NCBI GenBank assembly: GCA_964188305.1
Contig: OZ076888.1
Direction: 5' to 3' (one strand)
Length of the DNA stretch: 64,000 nt
Origin: Podarcis bocagei
Taxonomy: Eukaryota
This document shows, in pieces, positions 23,620-36,270 of this stretch. The notes under the pieces were generated by a model. The model saw nothing but the letters and a program-made list of their open reading frames with translations. It made no database searches and was not told where the DNA came from. Position numbers and translations under genes: made by a program. Each line of letters opens with the position of its first letter. Position 1 is the stretch's first letter.

Positions 23620-24616
23620 CTGCGGAAAACCAGAGAAGAAACATGTAATGGTCTAACCTGGTGCCTCTTCTTCCACCAAATTGCATAGAAATATTGCCCT
23701 GCCCCAACGTCTGCCCACAGTCCTTTCCTACTAAAAGCCCCAACATAACCGACTGCCCCACTAGGCAGTCCACGAGGCTCATCCAGGTGGGACCACATGC
23801 CAATAGGGCATCCCACTGAGGGCTGTCTTCAGGACCCTTGATCAGAGGAAATTTGAAATGGGTCGACACACTGCACCTCCCAGGTGATGCCAATCCTCCA
23901 CTCCGCAAAGTTGCACCAAGAGCAGAGATGGCCGTAACCCATATAAATGTGGAATTTGGCATCATCAGGATGAGATTCCAGTGTGTCATAAGTGATCAAG
24001 TGCTAGACTTGGAATAGGAACAAAGACTTGGGCCTGGTACAAATAACCACTCAGCTCCACTAAGCAGGCTTGCTCATACTTCTCTCTCAGGGCAGAATGA
24101 CATGTTACACTGGCAAGTAGGAACTCACAAGTCCAATTTCCAGAGGTAATGAAAAAAAGGGAGTTAAGGGGCTTTTTGTAAAAATGTTCGTACTTAACCC
24201 CACCCCACCCACACCTTGCCTGTAAAATGATTCTTCTGCAACAATATTTCACAATCAGAAGCGAGCTCAGCACACATATTTTAAAAGCACCAAGAACAAT
24301 GGCATGTTTCTGGCATCTAACATCAGGCAGGCCTCCTCTGTGGCAGCAACTGGGCCAGAGTCTTCCCATTCTGCCACCCCCCTTCCACAACCTGGTGCCC
24401 CCCACCCCCGATGTTTTGGACTACAGCCCCATTAGCCCAAACCAACAAGACCACGCTGACTGGAGCTGAAGGCTAAAGCATCTGAAGGGCACCAGGGTTC
24501 CTCACCAGGTTGAGGAAAGCTCATCTACACAGTTCCCGCTTCAGTCCCAACAAGACGACATGTCCCACGGCACCATCCACTCTTGCCAATTCCACACACC
24601 CTCCCAAATCCTGTAC

Positions 24617-24764
24617 CGAGATTGTTGGTTGGGTAGCGCTTCCGCAGCCGCTCCGTCAGCCGCGACACCCTGCTGCGAATCACCTCATTCTTGCTCATGA
24701 TGAAGGGGTTGTCAGGAAGGCCCATGTCGAATTCTGCTGAGCAGTGGGAGACGTCGTCATCCTC
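24617..24764 (-). CDS. ZFYVE27: Protrudin coding exon 9 (148 nt, coiled coil)
   Basis: EDDDVSHCSAEFDMGLPDNPFIMSKNEVIRSRVSRLTERLRKRYPTNNL; tcccag| and G|gtacag. Confidence 0.94.
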
Positions 24765-25073
24765 CTGGGAAGGTGGAGAGGGAAGCTTGTCAAGGAGCGG
24801 CTGGTTCACACTGTGCCTACTCTGGGGCAGGAGGACAAGGGCGCACAGGGGGGGGGGCACCGCCCACTGACAAAGCGCTGAAGACAAGGAAAGGCTGGGC
24901 TAACCGTGGGCAACACACAAAATGCCAAGCTGGTGGAAGGGTTGCAGCCAGGTTTTCCAGCTTGGGAAGGTGGGCACAATCAGGGCAAAGAACACAGCAA
25001 AGACATCAAGTCTGCATGAGCAACTGAAGTGAGTTTTGGCTCAAAGGCAGGGTGGCCCAGCTCCCACACTCAC

Positions 25074-25094
25074 CATTACTAGCAGCTGGGTCTC
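25074..25094 (-). CDS. ZFYVE27: Protrudin 21-nt alternative microexon (ETQLLVM)
   Basis: tttgctgcgggagcag|GAGACCCAGCTGCTAGTAATG|gtgagt; equivalent to human ETHLVVL; phase 0-0. Confidence 0.85.
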
Positions 25095-25401
25095 CTGCTC
25101 CCGCAGCAAAGAGAAAAGACAAGAGATGGTGTCCAGAAGAGCCCAGCCCAAGCTAGCCTTCACCTTTTATGGTGTACCCATTTCCAGAAAAGCACACTGT
25201 CCCAAGTCCCCTATTTCTCTCTCTTCCCCATACCAACATGTTCACTGCATCACAGACATGGACTCTGATGTGCTGCCACTCATGGCCCTTAAGTGACAGG
25301 ATGAAGGGTGTTCCCTTAAACTTGCTGGCCTAGCAGCATCACCTGACTCCACCACAGCACAGATCAGCCCAAGCCCTAGGAGGCTCTCTCAGGGCACATA
25401 C

Positions 25402-25473
25402 CTCAATAGCATCCTTGAACTCATCATCAGGCTCTGCCTCCTCTGCTTCCTCCACACTGCCAGGGGTCAGATC
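25402..25473 (-). CDS. ZFYVE27: Protrudin coding exon 7 (72 nt, FFAT motif EFKDAIE)
   Basis: ccatag|GAT CTG ACC...ATT GAG|gtatgt; DLTPGSVEEAEEAEPDDEFKDAIE. Confidence 0.95.
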
Positions 25474-26787
25474 CTATGGGGGAAGCAAACGACGTTACAG
25501 CTGGAGGCAGCAATGCTTTTGAATGAAAGTTGCTGGAAACCACAGGAGGGTCAAGTGCTCTTCTGCTCAAATCCTGCTTGCTGACTTCCCACAGTCCTCT
25601 GGTTGGCCACTGTGAGAACAGGATGCCGGACTAGATGGGCCATTGGCCTGATCCAGGAGGCTGTTCTGATGTTACAAGACAAAGGAAGCAAGGCCCACCA
25701 GTCCTTGTAACAGTGGTAAATGAATCCAAGAGGGGTGCTACACAGATGGCCCCATTCCATCCCAGCTACCCCAATGCAAGAGTAACATGGAAGCTATGAG
25801 GATGCATTTCCCCTCCTGACTAGACATAGTTATTTATTACCATGGCAGTCTGTAATACACAAGACCCCAAACAATGCTGGTATGCAGATCCTGAAATGCC
25901 TTAATGGGCAGCACAAAGGGGAAACACAGGGACAAGCAGTGAAGACTGCCTGAAGAGCTGTGTGAAGGGAGAGAAGGACATCGCCCTTTTACATTTTCAT
26001 GTAAACTCGCTAAGTTGTTTAAAAAAAGAGACAGGGACAAGCTGGAAACATTACTATACTTTTAAGCACCAAACTGGAGAAAATTAAGCCAGGTACAATT
26101 TTTGAGGCGCCACATTTCAACAGTAGGTTACAGGTGCACCTCCCCATAACCAGCTGCGACTAAAAAGTTTGGGAACTCTGAAAAGTAGCAAGAAGGGAAC
26201 AGAACAAGGATGGCAGCTGCCCTAAAGAGACGTGCCTGTGTAGGCAAAATTGAGGCCCTACTTCTCCAGGGCCAAGACTGGGAACAGGGTCTGGGAGGTT
26301 TTCATCCATGATGCATAGCATTACCCCTTTCAAAATTTCTCTGCCACTCCCATCGGGACCTTACTTTACACACTATTGCTTGTGGTCCTCCAAGTGTTGT
26401 TGGACAACATCACTGACCAGGCCAGCTGAAGTTGGTGGGGGATCGGAGTCCAACAACATATGGAGGACCGCAGTTTCCATCATTCCATATGCTACAGAAG
26501 ACTGGGAGGTGTGGCGGCGAGATACATGGAACCACAACCAGCAGAAGCAAGATGGAAGTTTGTCTTCTGTGCTCCGGCCTGGGACACATTTCCTAGGACT
26601 GTAGATCTGGAATCAACTATGAAGCCACCAGCTAATAAGACTGTTATGCAGGTCAGGATGAACTATGACCTCAGGCATTTCCAAAAGATAAAACAACACT
26701 CTCTGGGCACTTTGGATGAGCATATCAATTCTCATTCCAGTTGGAAGTGGGCAACACAGACCCGTCTATTCTTCTACCATGCCTTAC

Positions 26788-26930
26788 CTCGGTACTAGTG
26801 GGCGTAGGTGTCCGGTCCGGCAGGGATCCAGACCCAACTTCTCCAGCATCCAGCTCCACTGGCTCTGGAGTCCTAGCAAGAGGCTTGAGGCCCAAACGCT
26901 GCTCTACAGCAGACTTCAGCTCCAGCAACA
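26788..26930 (-). CDS. ZFYVE27: Protrudin coding exon 6 (143 nt)
   Basis: VLLELKSAVEQRLG...DRTPTPTSTE; ccctag| and GAG|gtaagg; phases fit the neighbouring exons. Confidence 0.88.
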
Positions 26931-28023
26931 CTAGGGAGGAAGAGGAAAAGGGTAATGATTGGACATCCATTAGAAGCTCAGGAAAACCTTGCAGTAAACA
27001 GCACAGGCTTTCAGCACTGGAAGAACAGCATGGCATTCAAGCCTATCTCCAACCCAAACACCCAAGAAGTACTGGCACACCAGCGACCAATGTCCAATGT
27101 AGCTAATAGTATTTAAAACACTAGTATGCCTACCTGAATACCCCATGGTTCTCTAGCACTAATCTCACTCCCAGACAGAACTGTCCATAACCCCATAGCT
27201 CCTCAGTAGACAGGGGAAAAGGCTGTCTACCACCCCAGTAAATATTCTCCACCGCAGATTTTCAGCACAAAACTCAGGAGACTGGAGTGTTCCCTGACAT
27301 CCCCCAATCTCCCCACCCAGATTTGTGTTGTTTGGGGGTGGGTTGCAACTGTTTGCTGATATTCACAGCCCCCTGGCCACTCCTCCAGCATCCTCACAAA
27401 ACCCATTCAAAGTGAGGCCAGGAAGCAGTGCCTTCACTCTGAGTGGGCACTGTGAAAAGAGCTGTGCTCTGAATAGGTTCGTGCCTGTTTTCACTCTTCC
27501 CTGCCACCATCCCACACAAACAAAATTCCAGAATGAGATGCATTCAGAGGGCAAATGTTCACAACACACTCCAAAACTGTTTTCCAGCAAAGGACTGTCT
27601 CCCTTGTGATAACCCCCCGTTTTCTGCAAAAGGCAGTTTATCATTAGCATCCCAAGATCTGTTTCCCCACTGGGACACCTCTAAATTGAAAAAGCTTCCA
27701 CTACTAAGCTGTGCCCAAGGAACAGAGTGACTACTCAGGTCTCTTGAATGCTAAAGAGCTTGTTTATGGGACTGGGGCAGCACAGAAGAGATGCATTTTT
27801 TCCTCTCTCATCAAAATTTGCTAGCAGCTACACACTGTTGCCCTAATTTGGAATAAGATAGGGTAGCAACAGGGGTGGGTACAACACAGATCTCTGCCTC
27901 ACACAGATCTACAGCAAAGAAAGCCCTGACCCTGGGCACCCTGTCTCCAGTCAGCTGCTGCAGCTTACTTCCCCAAGGTTCCCATGGAACAGAATGGTAC
28001 AGGAGAGAAGAGCAATCTCTTAC

Positions 28024-28136
28024 CTTGATAAAATGCCACGTTACCCAAGAAAAGGGCATTATTGAGCAGCACAAAGACCCAACATAAGGGCAGCAGGTAG
28101 AGAGCACAAACGGAAGCCATCAGCATCCCATAAAAC
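28024..28136 (-). CDS. ZFYVE27: Protrudin coding exon 5 (113 nt, hydrophobic hairpin)
   Basis: FYGMLMASVCALYLLPLCWVFVLLNNALFLGNVAFYQ; ccag| and G|gtaag. Confidence 0.93.
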
Positions 28137-28299
28137 CTGGGCAAAAAAAGGAGCAGAAGGGGCATGACACACCTGGGCATCAGGATGACAGCCAGGTGCC
28201 TTGAGAGCACATCAAGCCTGTCCAGCCCCCCTTCACTCTTGGATATGGAACAGAGAGCATCTGCTGGGAGCCTGCCTCTCTCCACCTGTCCTAGGGCGG

Positions 28300-28580
28300 G
28301 CCTAACAGGCTTCATAAGAGCTGCTGCTGCTGCCCAGAAAGGACTGGGGTATTTTTATGGAAGTTTTGTCTTGAGTTTTTACTGTTATTGATATGAATTC
28401 TTTGTATCTTTATTTTTATGTGGATTATGTAGTTATGGTTATGTAGTTATTGATGTGTTTTGTTTATTTTTATTACTCCTTTGCTATGTTTGTAATATGT
28501 AAATCTTTTCATACTGTAAGCCGCCTTGAGCATTGTTTTAACTGTGGAAAGGCGGCATACAAATAAGATGATGATGATGA
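28300..28580 (+). mobile_element. LINE (L2-like) 3' UTR remnant
   Basis: T-rich tract, then stem-loop gccgccttgag...aaaggcggc, aaataa and a (GAT)n tail. Confidence 0.55.
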
Positions 28581-29423
28581 CGACGACATCACCACCCTTT
28601 GCATACCTTTCAAGCAAATAACCTCCCCTCAATCTGGACAAACCTGTTCAGCCAGATGCAGCCAGATAGCTTCCCCATGAACACCAGCCACGATATATAT
28701 GGGCATGGACACCTGCCCAATATGAGGTGGAAGGCAGGGACCCCGGATCCCTGTAAAGTGGCTCAGTAAACAAGCCTGCAAACCCCCCAAAGCTGCAAGG
28801 CAGCAATGTTCCAGTGACAGGAGCAAGCTGGCAGCAAATAACACCAAACAAGTTGGAGTTAACTCTTTATTAGCAAAAGCAGGATCTGCCTAATGAGCAA
28901 TGCAACTCATCATCAGGTCTTGCCTCCATGAAGCAGTTGCTAAGACTTAAGGTCCCCATCTGCTCACAACTGCCTTAGTTCCCTCCTCCCCAGGGTTTTC
29001 CCCAAGCAATCTGAGACTGCACCAGCACAAAACTAACTTCTCCTCCACCCTTTTCATACCTCTTTCTGGGAAACCAGGGGGGAGGGGAGCTTGTCGCAGC
29101 AGGAGAGTGAGACACCCTGCCACCTTCCCCAGCCAGACTCTCTCTGCCTCTTGGCTTCCCTCCTCTCCTGCTTCAGCTTCTGCCCCTGATTCTGGATGTC
29201 TGTCTGTCACAGATTCTCCCAGCTCACTAAGCCCTGTTACCTGTTCAGCTTCCAACACCTCCTCCTCCCTCTGACCACTCATCATCATCATCCTACCACC
29301 AATCCCAGGGCTCTGAGCCTCCTTCCCTTGCAGGTTCCCCAGCTGGTTCCTCCCACTATTCCTCTGCATCCAACCTGCCCGTGACACCTAGCTCCCATGA
29401 AGTATTCCTAAGGCAACACTCAC

Positions 29424-29519
29424 TGTGAAGAAAGAGAAGGGTTCTCCCAGTAGATGATGCGATAGACAGCCTCACATCTGCCACACAGTCGGCTCAAGAG
29501 GGCCTCTAATTGGATTAAG
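29424..29519 (-). CDS. ZFYVE27: Protrudin coding exon 4 (96 nt)
   Basis: LIQLEALLSRLCGRCEAVYRIIYWENPSLSS; ttccag| and CA|gtgagt. Confidence 0.93.
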
Positions 29520-31886
29520 CTGGAAAAGGAGATCACAGCAGAATTAAACATGTTCCTCAGGCCCCTCTGCTCACAACCCCACAGCCGCTGCAGCAACCTA
29601 TGCCCAAGCTGCTTCACAAATGGAGAAAAGTGATCCCCAGCCCCTCATTCAGTTCAAGAGAAGGGTTGGAGTGCAAAAGAAGATTCCCTCATCCACACAG
29701 GGCATAATTAGGATGAGCCCTGCATAGGATGAACCTCCTATGCCAGCTAGTTCCAGGCAGGCAAGCTGGATACAGTAAGCACCTGTGTAAGTTTAGCAAG
29801 AGGGATAAAAACCAGCATGATTTGGAGTCCAACACTCTTGTATGTGGAGTATAGGAGACACTGGGTTCAAATCCACTGCTGAGGCAATCTTGGGCATCTC
29901 TTTCCTATAGCTTCAAATCTGAATAATGACAACTAACTTCAGAGTTGCCGCAAAACTAACAGTGCAATCCTAACCACGGCTTGCCTGGACCCTATATACT
30001 AAAGGGGCATGTAGTAACATGCTCTTAACTTTTAGATGAAAGAATGCAGACTCCCATAAAGAAAGAGATTTGAGTTCACTGGCTACAACTCAGCGAGTCA
30101 TATGATGGGTGGGTTGGCCATCAGGCTCCAATGCCTTGTGCAAAATGCTGACGAAGTGCCTACTGGCATGGTCAGCTTTGGGTGGGGAAAAGGAGAACTT
30201 GCCCTTGGATTCCAGCTGCTTCTCCCTATCTAAGTTGCAGGTCTCAAAAAATGAGCCGCTTTCTGAATTCACAGCACTCTGATAAAGTGTTATGTCCTGA
30301 TAAAACATCGATCAGAGTAGTTAACCGTCAGTCCCTGGCATAGGAAAATTCTAATGTCTTCTAAAATTTGACTTGCAAATCCTTGTCTGAAGAGACACGC
30401 TGAAGTAAAACAATATGTTAATAAAAAAACCTATTTTAAAAAAATTATAGTAATCAAAATCCATTATTTCTTAAACAAAAGGATGCACCAGTAGTGTGTC
30501 TTCCTCATAAGTAGGTAATAAATGTAGTAAATCTGAAGTAACGGTTGCATTTAGTTGTGAATCAATATGTTTTAATAGCTCTATCGAGCAGCAAAAACAC
30601 CCATTTCTTGGGGAAAATAACTGTACAAATGGAAAAGTTGATTAAAATCAATGATTTAAAAATGAGGCTTCTTGCCTGGTGATTGAAATCGATCCACTGT
30701 CCTGGAAGCAGGATGCATATTTTGCGGCATGGGCAGGAGAGTCATGTAAATGCTTAGTAACTCTTTCTCCTGGAGCCACAGTCCCAACTAGCAAGGGTGT
30801 GCAATGCCCCCAAAGGGTGAACGGCAGTAGTGCAGTAAGGCACCTTGGAAGGTAGCTAATCTAGAGGAGGAGTCAGCACTGCTCTCCCAGAGTTTCTTAA
30901 AAGTGGGGTCACCATTATCTTCCACACGCACAACGTTACTGTGCAATTATATTTCCCACAGTCATGACACAATTCTTGCCCGACAGCAATGATGAAATGG
31001 GTAGCACCTGCAATATCATATGGACTATCCTTAAATATAGTCCCAACCTTCCCCCTCAACCACTAAGATTTGACACAAATGCCTATGTTGCTGGCCAACT
31101 GTGTAATGCATTTGTTAGAATGCTGTGGGCGGAATCTGTGATAGGGTCCATTTGGGAAGACACTGTCTGCCCACCCCCCAAAAAAGCCTCCATGACACAC
31201 ACTGGCCTGTGCTAGTGCCTGTGCAGCTGTTTACTTAAACATTAAAAGATGAACTCTGTGCAGTTGTGCACAGCTCTTCAGCTGCACAAGTGCATGGTTG
31301 AAGAAGAAGCAGAAGAAGAAATGGATTATTATGCCCTACTGGGCACAGCTTCAGAGCTATGTAGTTGTGCACCTGAAATATCCTTGTGTAAAAAAAACAA
31401 CACACACACACAAATGGATTGGGAGAAATAAAAACTCAAAAGGAAAAATCAGCTGGTAAAAAATAGATGAAAAAGTCATTGTAAGTGAAGAGGCTGAAAT
31501 CATAGAAGACAAAAGAAGGGGAATGGTGGAATACCACACAAATTGTGACACAGAAGGGTCACTAAATGAGTTCTGCAGGCTAAATTGCTCCCACTATTCA
31601 GGGTAACAATTGCACATTACTTATCTACAATGGAAATATCTCCACAAAATACAGAAAAATGGCTACAAAAATCAAGAGAAAAACACAATGAAGAGGTAGA
31701 AATCTCGATCTTGCAACGGGTTGACTATTAAGCCCAGTGGATTCAGAACAACTGCAATATTCACCATCAAGAAAATAATGTGTAGTGTGAACAAGAAACC
31801 CAAGCAGCATCCCTCCAATCACATACTTCAAAGGGATCCACCTACGGGTCAACACATTTTCTCCATCCTTCCCTAAGAGCACTTAC

Positions 31887-32073
31887 AAGCCCTTCACTTC
31901 AGCCACAGCCTCATGTCGTGCAAGCTGAACTTTCCTCACATCTTCACGCCGCACACTGTGGTACCTACGACGTGCCAGCTCTTCTTCACTCAGACGGATG
32001 CGGCATGTCTCCTGCAGGTAGCCCAGCAAGGCTGGCACTGAGACCAGTAGGACGCAAAGCCCATACCATGCAG
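31887..32073 (-). CDS. ZFYVE27: Protrudin coding exon 3 (187 nt)
   Basis: AWYGLCVLLVSVPALLGYLQETCR...HEAVAEVKG; ttgcag| and TT|gtaagt. Confidence 0.93.
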
Positions 32074-32158
32074 CTGCAATGAAAGGTGGAATAGATGCAG
32101 AGATCATTTTACCACCCCACTGTTTGGCCAGTCACAACACACCTGTACCACTATCACC

Positions 32159-32340
32159 TATAGCTCAGTGGTAGAGCGTTTGCTTTGAACAGAGAAGTTC
32201 CCAGTTTCAATCCCTGGTATCTCCAGGTAGGACGGGGAATGTCTTCTTTCTCAACACCTGGAAAATTGCTGCCAGTCACTTTCAACAACGAGCTTGACAT
32301 ACCAATGGTCTGACTTGATATAAGGCAGCTTCCTATGTAC
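32159..32340 (+). mobile_element. tRNA-derived SINE (second family)
   Basis: TAGCTCAGTGGTAGAGC...GTTTCAATCCC...gctgccagtca...aaggcagcttcctatgt; related copies at 34858-34988 (-) and ~55608-55768 (+). Confidence 0.75.
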
Positions 32341-32544
32341 TACCCCATAAACCACCTGAAAGGAGGCCCATCTGCCTGCCAGTCACTCCATTTCCTTACT
32401 ACCTCTCACAGTTGGTACTGCTAGCCCTCATAATCTGCCCCCAATAACACATTCCATTTCCCACAGGATCAATCCCCCAAGGCTCACATCATACCTGAAA
32501 GGAAGCCTATTGGGTCCCCAGCACAAAGGTCCAACATTTCTCAC

Positions 32545-32615
32545 CTTCACTAAGAGTCAGCAGCAGAAAGTTGAGGCCCAGGCAAGTAAGGAGGGAGCAG
32601 AGAGGCATCTGCCAG
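32545..32615 (-). CDS. ZFYVE27: Protrudin coding exon 2 (71 nt)
   Basis: cacag|C TGG CAG ATG CCT...GAA G|gtgaga; WQMPLCSLLTCLGLNFLLLTLSE. Confidence 0.93.
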
Positions 32616-33152
32616 CTGTGAAACATACATGATCAAGCATTTATTGCCACGCCAAAAGGATATTTAGCTGTACAAATGAGGTATGAACATGAGAATGGTG
32701 GAGATGGAAAGGGCAAGCCTAAGTTTAAGTCTCGGGTCATGGAGTACATTAACTTGCCTTGAGCACAGAAAAACGGTATATAAATAAGAAATCAAATTAG
32801 ATTGAATGAGGACAAAAGCAAGGTAAAGGGTAGGGTATTTTTTAAAATGGGGGAATGTTGTAATCAGCCACAGACACTAGCCAAGTCACAAATGCAGCAG
32901 CATATCTTGTTTAAGCCCAACTGCACACAGCGTTTCCCATGCTGAATGCTTGGTGTCTCTTAGAACAAGTGGAATTAAGTATTTGGCCAGGACTCTTCGT
33001 CTTCTCTCTTTTTTCTCCCACTTGCAAAAGTGAGACTCCCAAAGAGCCTGTGCTTTTCTGCCCTCCAACATGACAGGAGACAACAACAAAAATTTCTCTA
33101 GCTCCACCACAACCATCACCCACAAGGTGCAACTAAGTAGTTGGGCACCAAC

Positions 33153-33355
33153 CTGAGGAGGAACCACACCGCTTCCGCAATATCCTGCAGTGGTTCCAAG
33201 TACAGCTCCAGTCGCTTGTAGGATACTACTAGATTGAAGAGATCCAAGGAAGGGGGCTTGGGTGGCAAAGGAGAAACTGGTTGGGAATCGGAAGCCGTGG
33301 GGCTGTCCAGTCCATTCCCTGTGGTCGCTCCACTCTCACGCTCTGGAACCTGCAT
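33153..33355 (-). CDS. ZFYVE27: Protrudin coding exon 1
   Basis: acag|T ATG CAG...; MQVPERES...DLFNLVVSYKRLELYLEPLQD...WFLL; donor CTCAG|gttggt. Confidence 0.93.
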
Positions 33356-34179
33356 ACTGTAGATGTGAAAGTCGAGAGGAATACCAAAAAATGAACAATA
33401 AAAATAGTCAACTCTTCCCCACCCCTAGTGTGAAGGAAACAACAGAGATGACCTTTGGGAAGGGCAGTGCCCACATCCCCCCATGCAAAGGAACTGCATT
33501 CACTATGACTGGGCAAGTCACGAGAAACAGATACCTACAACAGGTGTCACTTTTGCCCCATTCAGGCCCCAGAACCTGCATGAAAGGGAGAGTCAACACA
33601 CAAATTGTCCCATGGGAAAGCTCCTCAAAAGCATCTCCTCCTTTTGCAAACAACAACAACTGCAGCCACCTGGGAGTCAGGGTGGGGAAACATCCCCTGT
33701 AACCCTATGCCATATATACCAAAAGGCATGCAGACAGTCTGTGCTAATTAATCTGGCCTAATAATTTATTTTATACACCCACAATTGCAAGCACATATTA
33801 AAATATATATCCATAAACATGCATCAAAGGCACAGAGAGAATCCATTCTTGTAATCCTCTTTAGCTAATCTAGCAGGATAGGTCCAGGGTGACAAGGGAC
33901 AAGCAGCCCACATTAAGTGATACTCAAAATACAGCATCCAAGAATGTGGGGTGCATCTGCGACACGAGAGGAGCACGTTCAGGTGGAGAGAGGAATGACC
34001 AGATCATATTCTGCAACTTATTTGATATTGGCAATGTCACTACCTGGGTCACTCCGGGTGAATCAAAAGGGGCAAAACAGGACAGCATGGGATGCTCCTG
34101 CCTGCTAGCTCAGTACTTGGGAGGCAGGCAAAATGTCTTCCTCCAGACAAGGAGGTTAAAATAACCAGCCTCTTCTCTC

Positions 34180-34850
34180 TTCCCCCGAAGGGCTCCTGCG
34201 CCATGGCAGGCAGAAATCCAGCAGGTGAAGCGCTCTCTATCAGATCCTCCCAGCGCCGGGTAAGCTTCATCTGCTGCACTTCCGCACATCGCGGCACAGC
34301 AGCCCCTTCCCGGAAAAGAAAAGAAAAACGAGAATTCAGCCCTTGACGAGCTGCACCCCGGAGGCTCCGGCGGAACCACCGCTCAGCTTGCGGGGCAGCC
34401 ACAGAGCTCCGCCGGAGGAGGAGGAGGCGCCGCCGGCTCGTCCCACCTACCTCTACACAAGCGGCCCACAAGCCCTACGGCCCCAAATAGGGCGAAAGGG
34501 CGGAGCCTCCCCTTCCACGTCCAACCTCGACCTCACCCGTCTGGCCAACACCGCCTCGGCCGCCGACACTTCCTGGGCAGAAGGACCCGGCTGTGCCTCA
34601 GCTCCGCTGCGCAGCGCACGCTTCAGGGAAGCGGAGGCCTAATCCGCCCACCTGAGGCAGCCGGCCAATCAGAAGCGCGGGAAGCGGCCGCCGCGCGCGT
34701 CCTCTGCTGGAAAAGCTGCAGCTCCTATTGGACAAGAGCCTCCCGCCGCCAGCCTATGGGAGCATTCGTACTTCTTATTCGCCGCGGGCCGCTTTTTATA
34801 GGCTCTGTGATTCGTCCCTTCCTCGTCTCTGAACCGCTTTTTCCGCCAGT
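34180..34850 (-). promoter_or_regulatory. ZFYVE27: CpG island / promoter and non-coding first exon of ZFYVE27
   Basis: High CpG density; GC-rich boxes, CCAAT (ggccaatcag ~34665; attgg ~34727), GCGC-rich tracts; candidate minus-strand donors GAG|gtaggt (~34450) and CGG|gtgagg (~34536). Confidence 0.75.
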
Positions 34851-34857
34851 CGTTCTG

Positions 34858-34988
34858 CCCACACTGACTGGCAGTGGCTTTCTAGGATTTGAGTCAGGGA
34901 GCTTTTCCCAGCCCCACCTTGAGATGCCAGGGATTGAACCTGGGACTTTTTGCATGCAAAGCAGATGCTCTATCGCTGAGCTACGGCC
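34858..34988 (-). mobile_element. tRNA-derived SINE, 5' part, next to the ZFYVE27 promoter
   Basis: Minus strand GGCCGTAGCTCAGCGATAGAGC...CCCAGGTTCAATCCCTGGCATCTC...ctgccagtcagtgt. Confidence 0.75.
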
Positions 34989-35308
34989 TTTCTGTAATTT
35001 GACATGCCTTGGATGCTATGCACTTTGACTTGGGTGTGGGGATCAACTGCTGTTCCACCTCAGACAGCAAAATGTCTTGGGCTGACCTGAATCTTCCCAG
35101 AGGAACTCGCTGAAGTCCAGAAACTAGCACTAACCAGCCCTGAAGTCTCAAAAGAGCTTCAGTAGCTCATAATATTCACTGAAGGTTATGGTATCCCAGA
35201 GAGCCTATGGCATGGCTTTGTACATGCTCCTGGGAAATGGTGCAGTGACACGGTGTGATTTTTGTGATCAGACTTGTGGGGCACAAAGCAGGCTTCAGTG
35301 GTCCAATA

Positions 35309-35432
35309 CATGGCCATAGCCAGGATTTATGTTAGGGAGGGAAGGCTTTATGTTAGGTGAGGCAGAACCTCAGTTTTTTTATTGATTTATTTGATTTAGG
35401 GGGGCGGCTGTTCCGCCCCAGCTATGCTCATG
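35309..35432. mobile_element. hAT-type MITE
   Basis: CATGGCCATAGC...GCTATGCTCATG; flanks GTCCAATA / GTCCAAGG; shares GGCAGAACCTCAGTT with the 62350 copy. Confidence 0.7.
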
Positions 35433-36028
35433 GTCCAAGGGGAGATTCAAGGAGGGAGGAACTGCAAATTCAAGTATGAATCTAAAAGCAATGATCTGCA
35501 CCACCAAAAGAATGGGAATGGATTAAACACTTGTAAAATTGGGTAGCCTCAAGCCAGCTATCAAGGACCTGCAGGAGACAGTACCATACACCAAAAAGAA
35601 ACCTGATTAATTCTCTGCATAAAGCTGCTGCTAAAATACTTTGACAATACATCCCATCCATTCTTTTTTGTCAAGTGAAATAAGTGGTCTACCTTGAATA
35701 AAAACTAATGCAACATATTTCTGGAGTCGTGTGAAATTTCATTCAGGCAAATTCTTCAGGCTGCTTATTACTCTTTACCTTCTAATTGCATATGTACACA
35801 AATTCTATAAAGTTGCATATAATGGTCCCATTCATACATTAGGCTTTAGGTGCAAAACGGGGACAAAAGGAACTCAAATTAATGTTCATTCTCAACTGCA
35901 ATTTCACTCAAAACCCACAAGGTGGCTGTCCAGATCCGATAACTAATCTCTGCTAAGATGACAACAATAGGAATAGGCAGCTGCTCACACCTCAGTGGGA
36001 TTCTGCTTCTGCAAAAATAACCTATGTA

Positions 36029-36270
36029 CAGTGGTACCCCAGGTTAAGTACTTAATTAGTTCCGGAGGTCCATACTTAACCTGAAACTGTTCTTAACCTG
36101 AAGCTCCACTTTAGCTAATGATGCCTCCCGCTGCTGCTGCACCGCCAGAGCACGATTTCTGTTCTCATCCTGAAGCAAAGTTCTTAACCTGAAGCACTAT
36201 TTCTGGGCTAGCAGAGTCTGTAACCTGAAGCGTATGTAACCTGAAGCATATGTAACCTGAGGTACCACTG
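36029..36270. mobile_element. Tc1/mariner-pogo type MITE
   Basis: TIR CAGTGGTACC(C/T)CAGGTTA matches 17/18; TA duplicated on both sides; internal TAACCTGAA repeats. Confidence 0.9.

Noticed and set aside
32159-32232. tRNA gene-like sequence
   Set aside because: Cloverleaf is degenerate and continues into a repeat body shared with other copies; it is a SINE head.
34049-34642. Several ORFs in the ZFYVE27 CpG island
   Set aside because: Stop-poor GC-rich DNA; the protrudin ATG at 33355 directly follows an acceptor and matches the known N-terminus.
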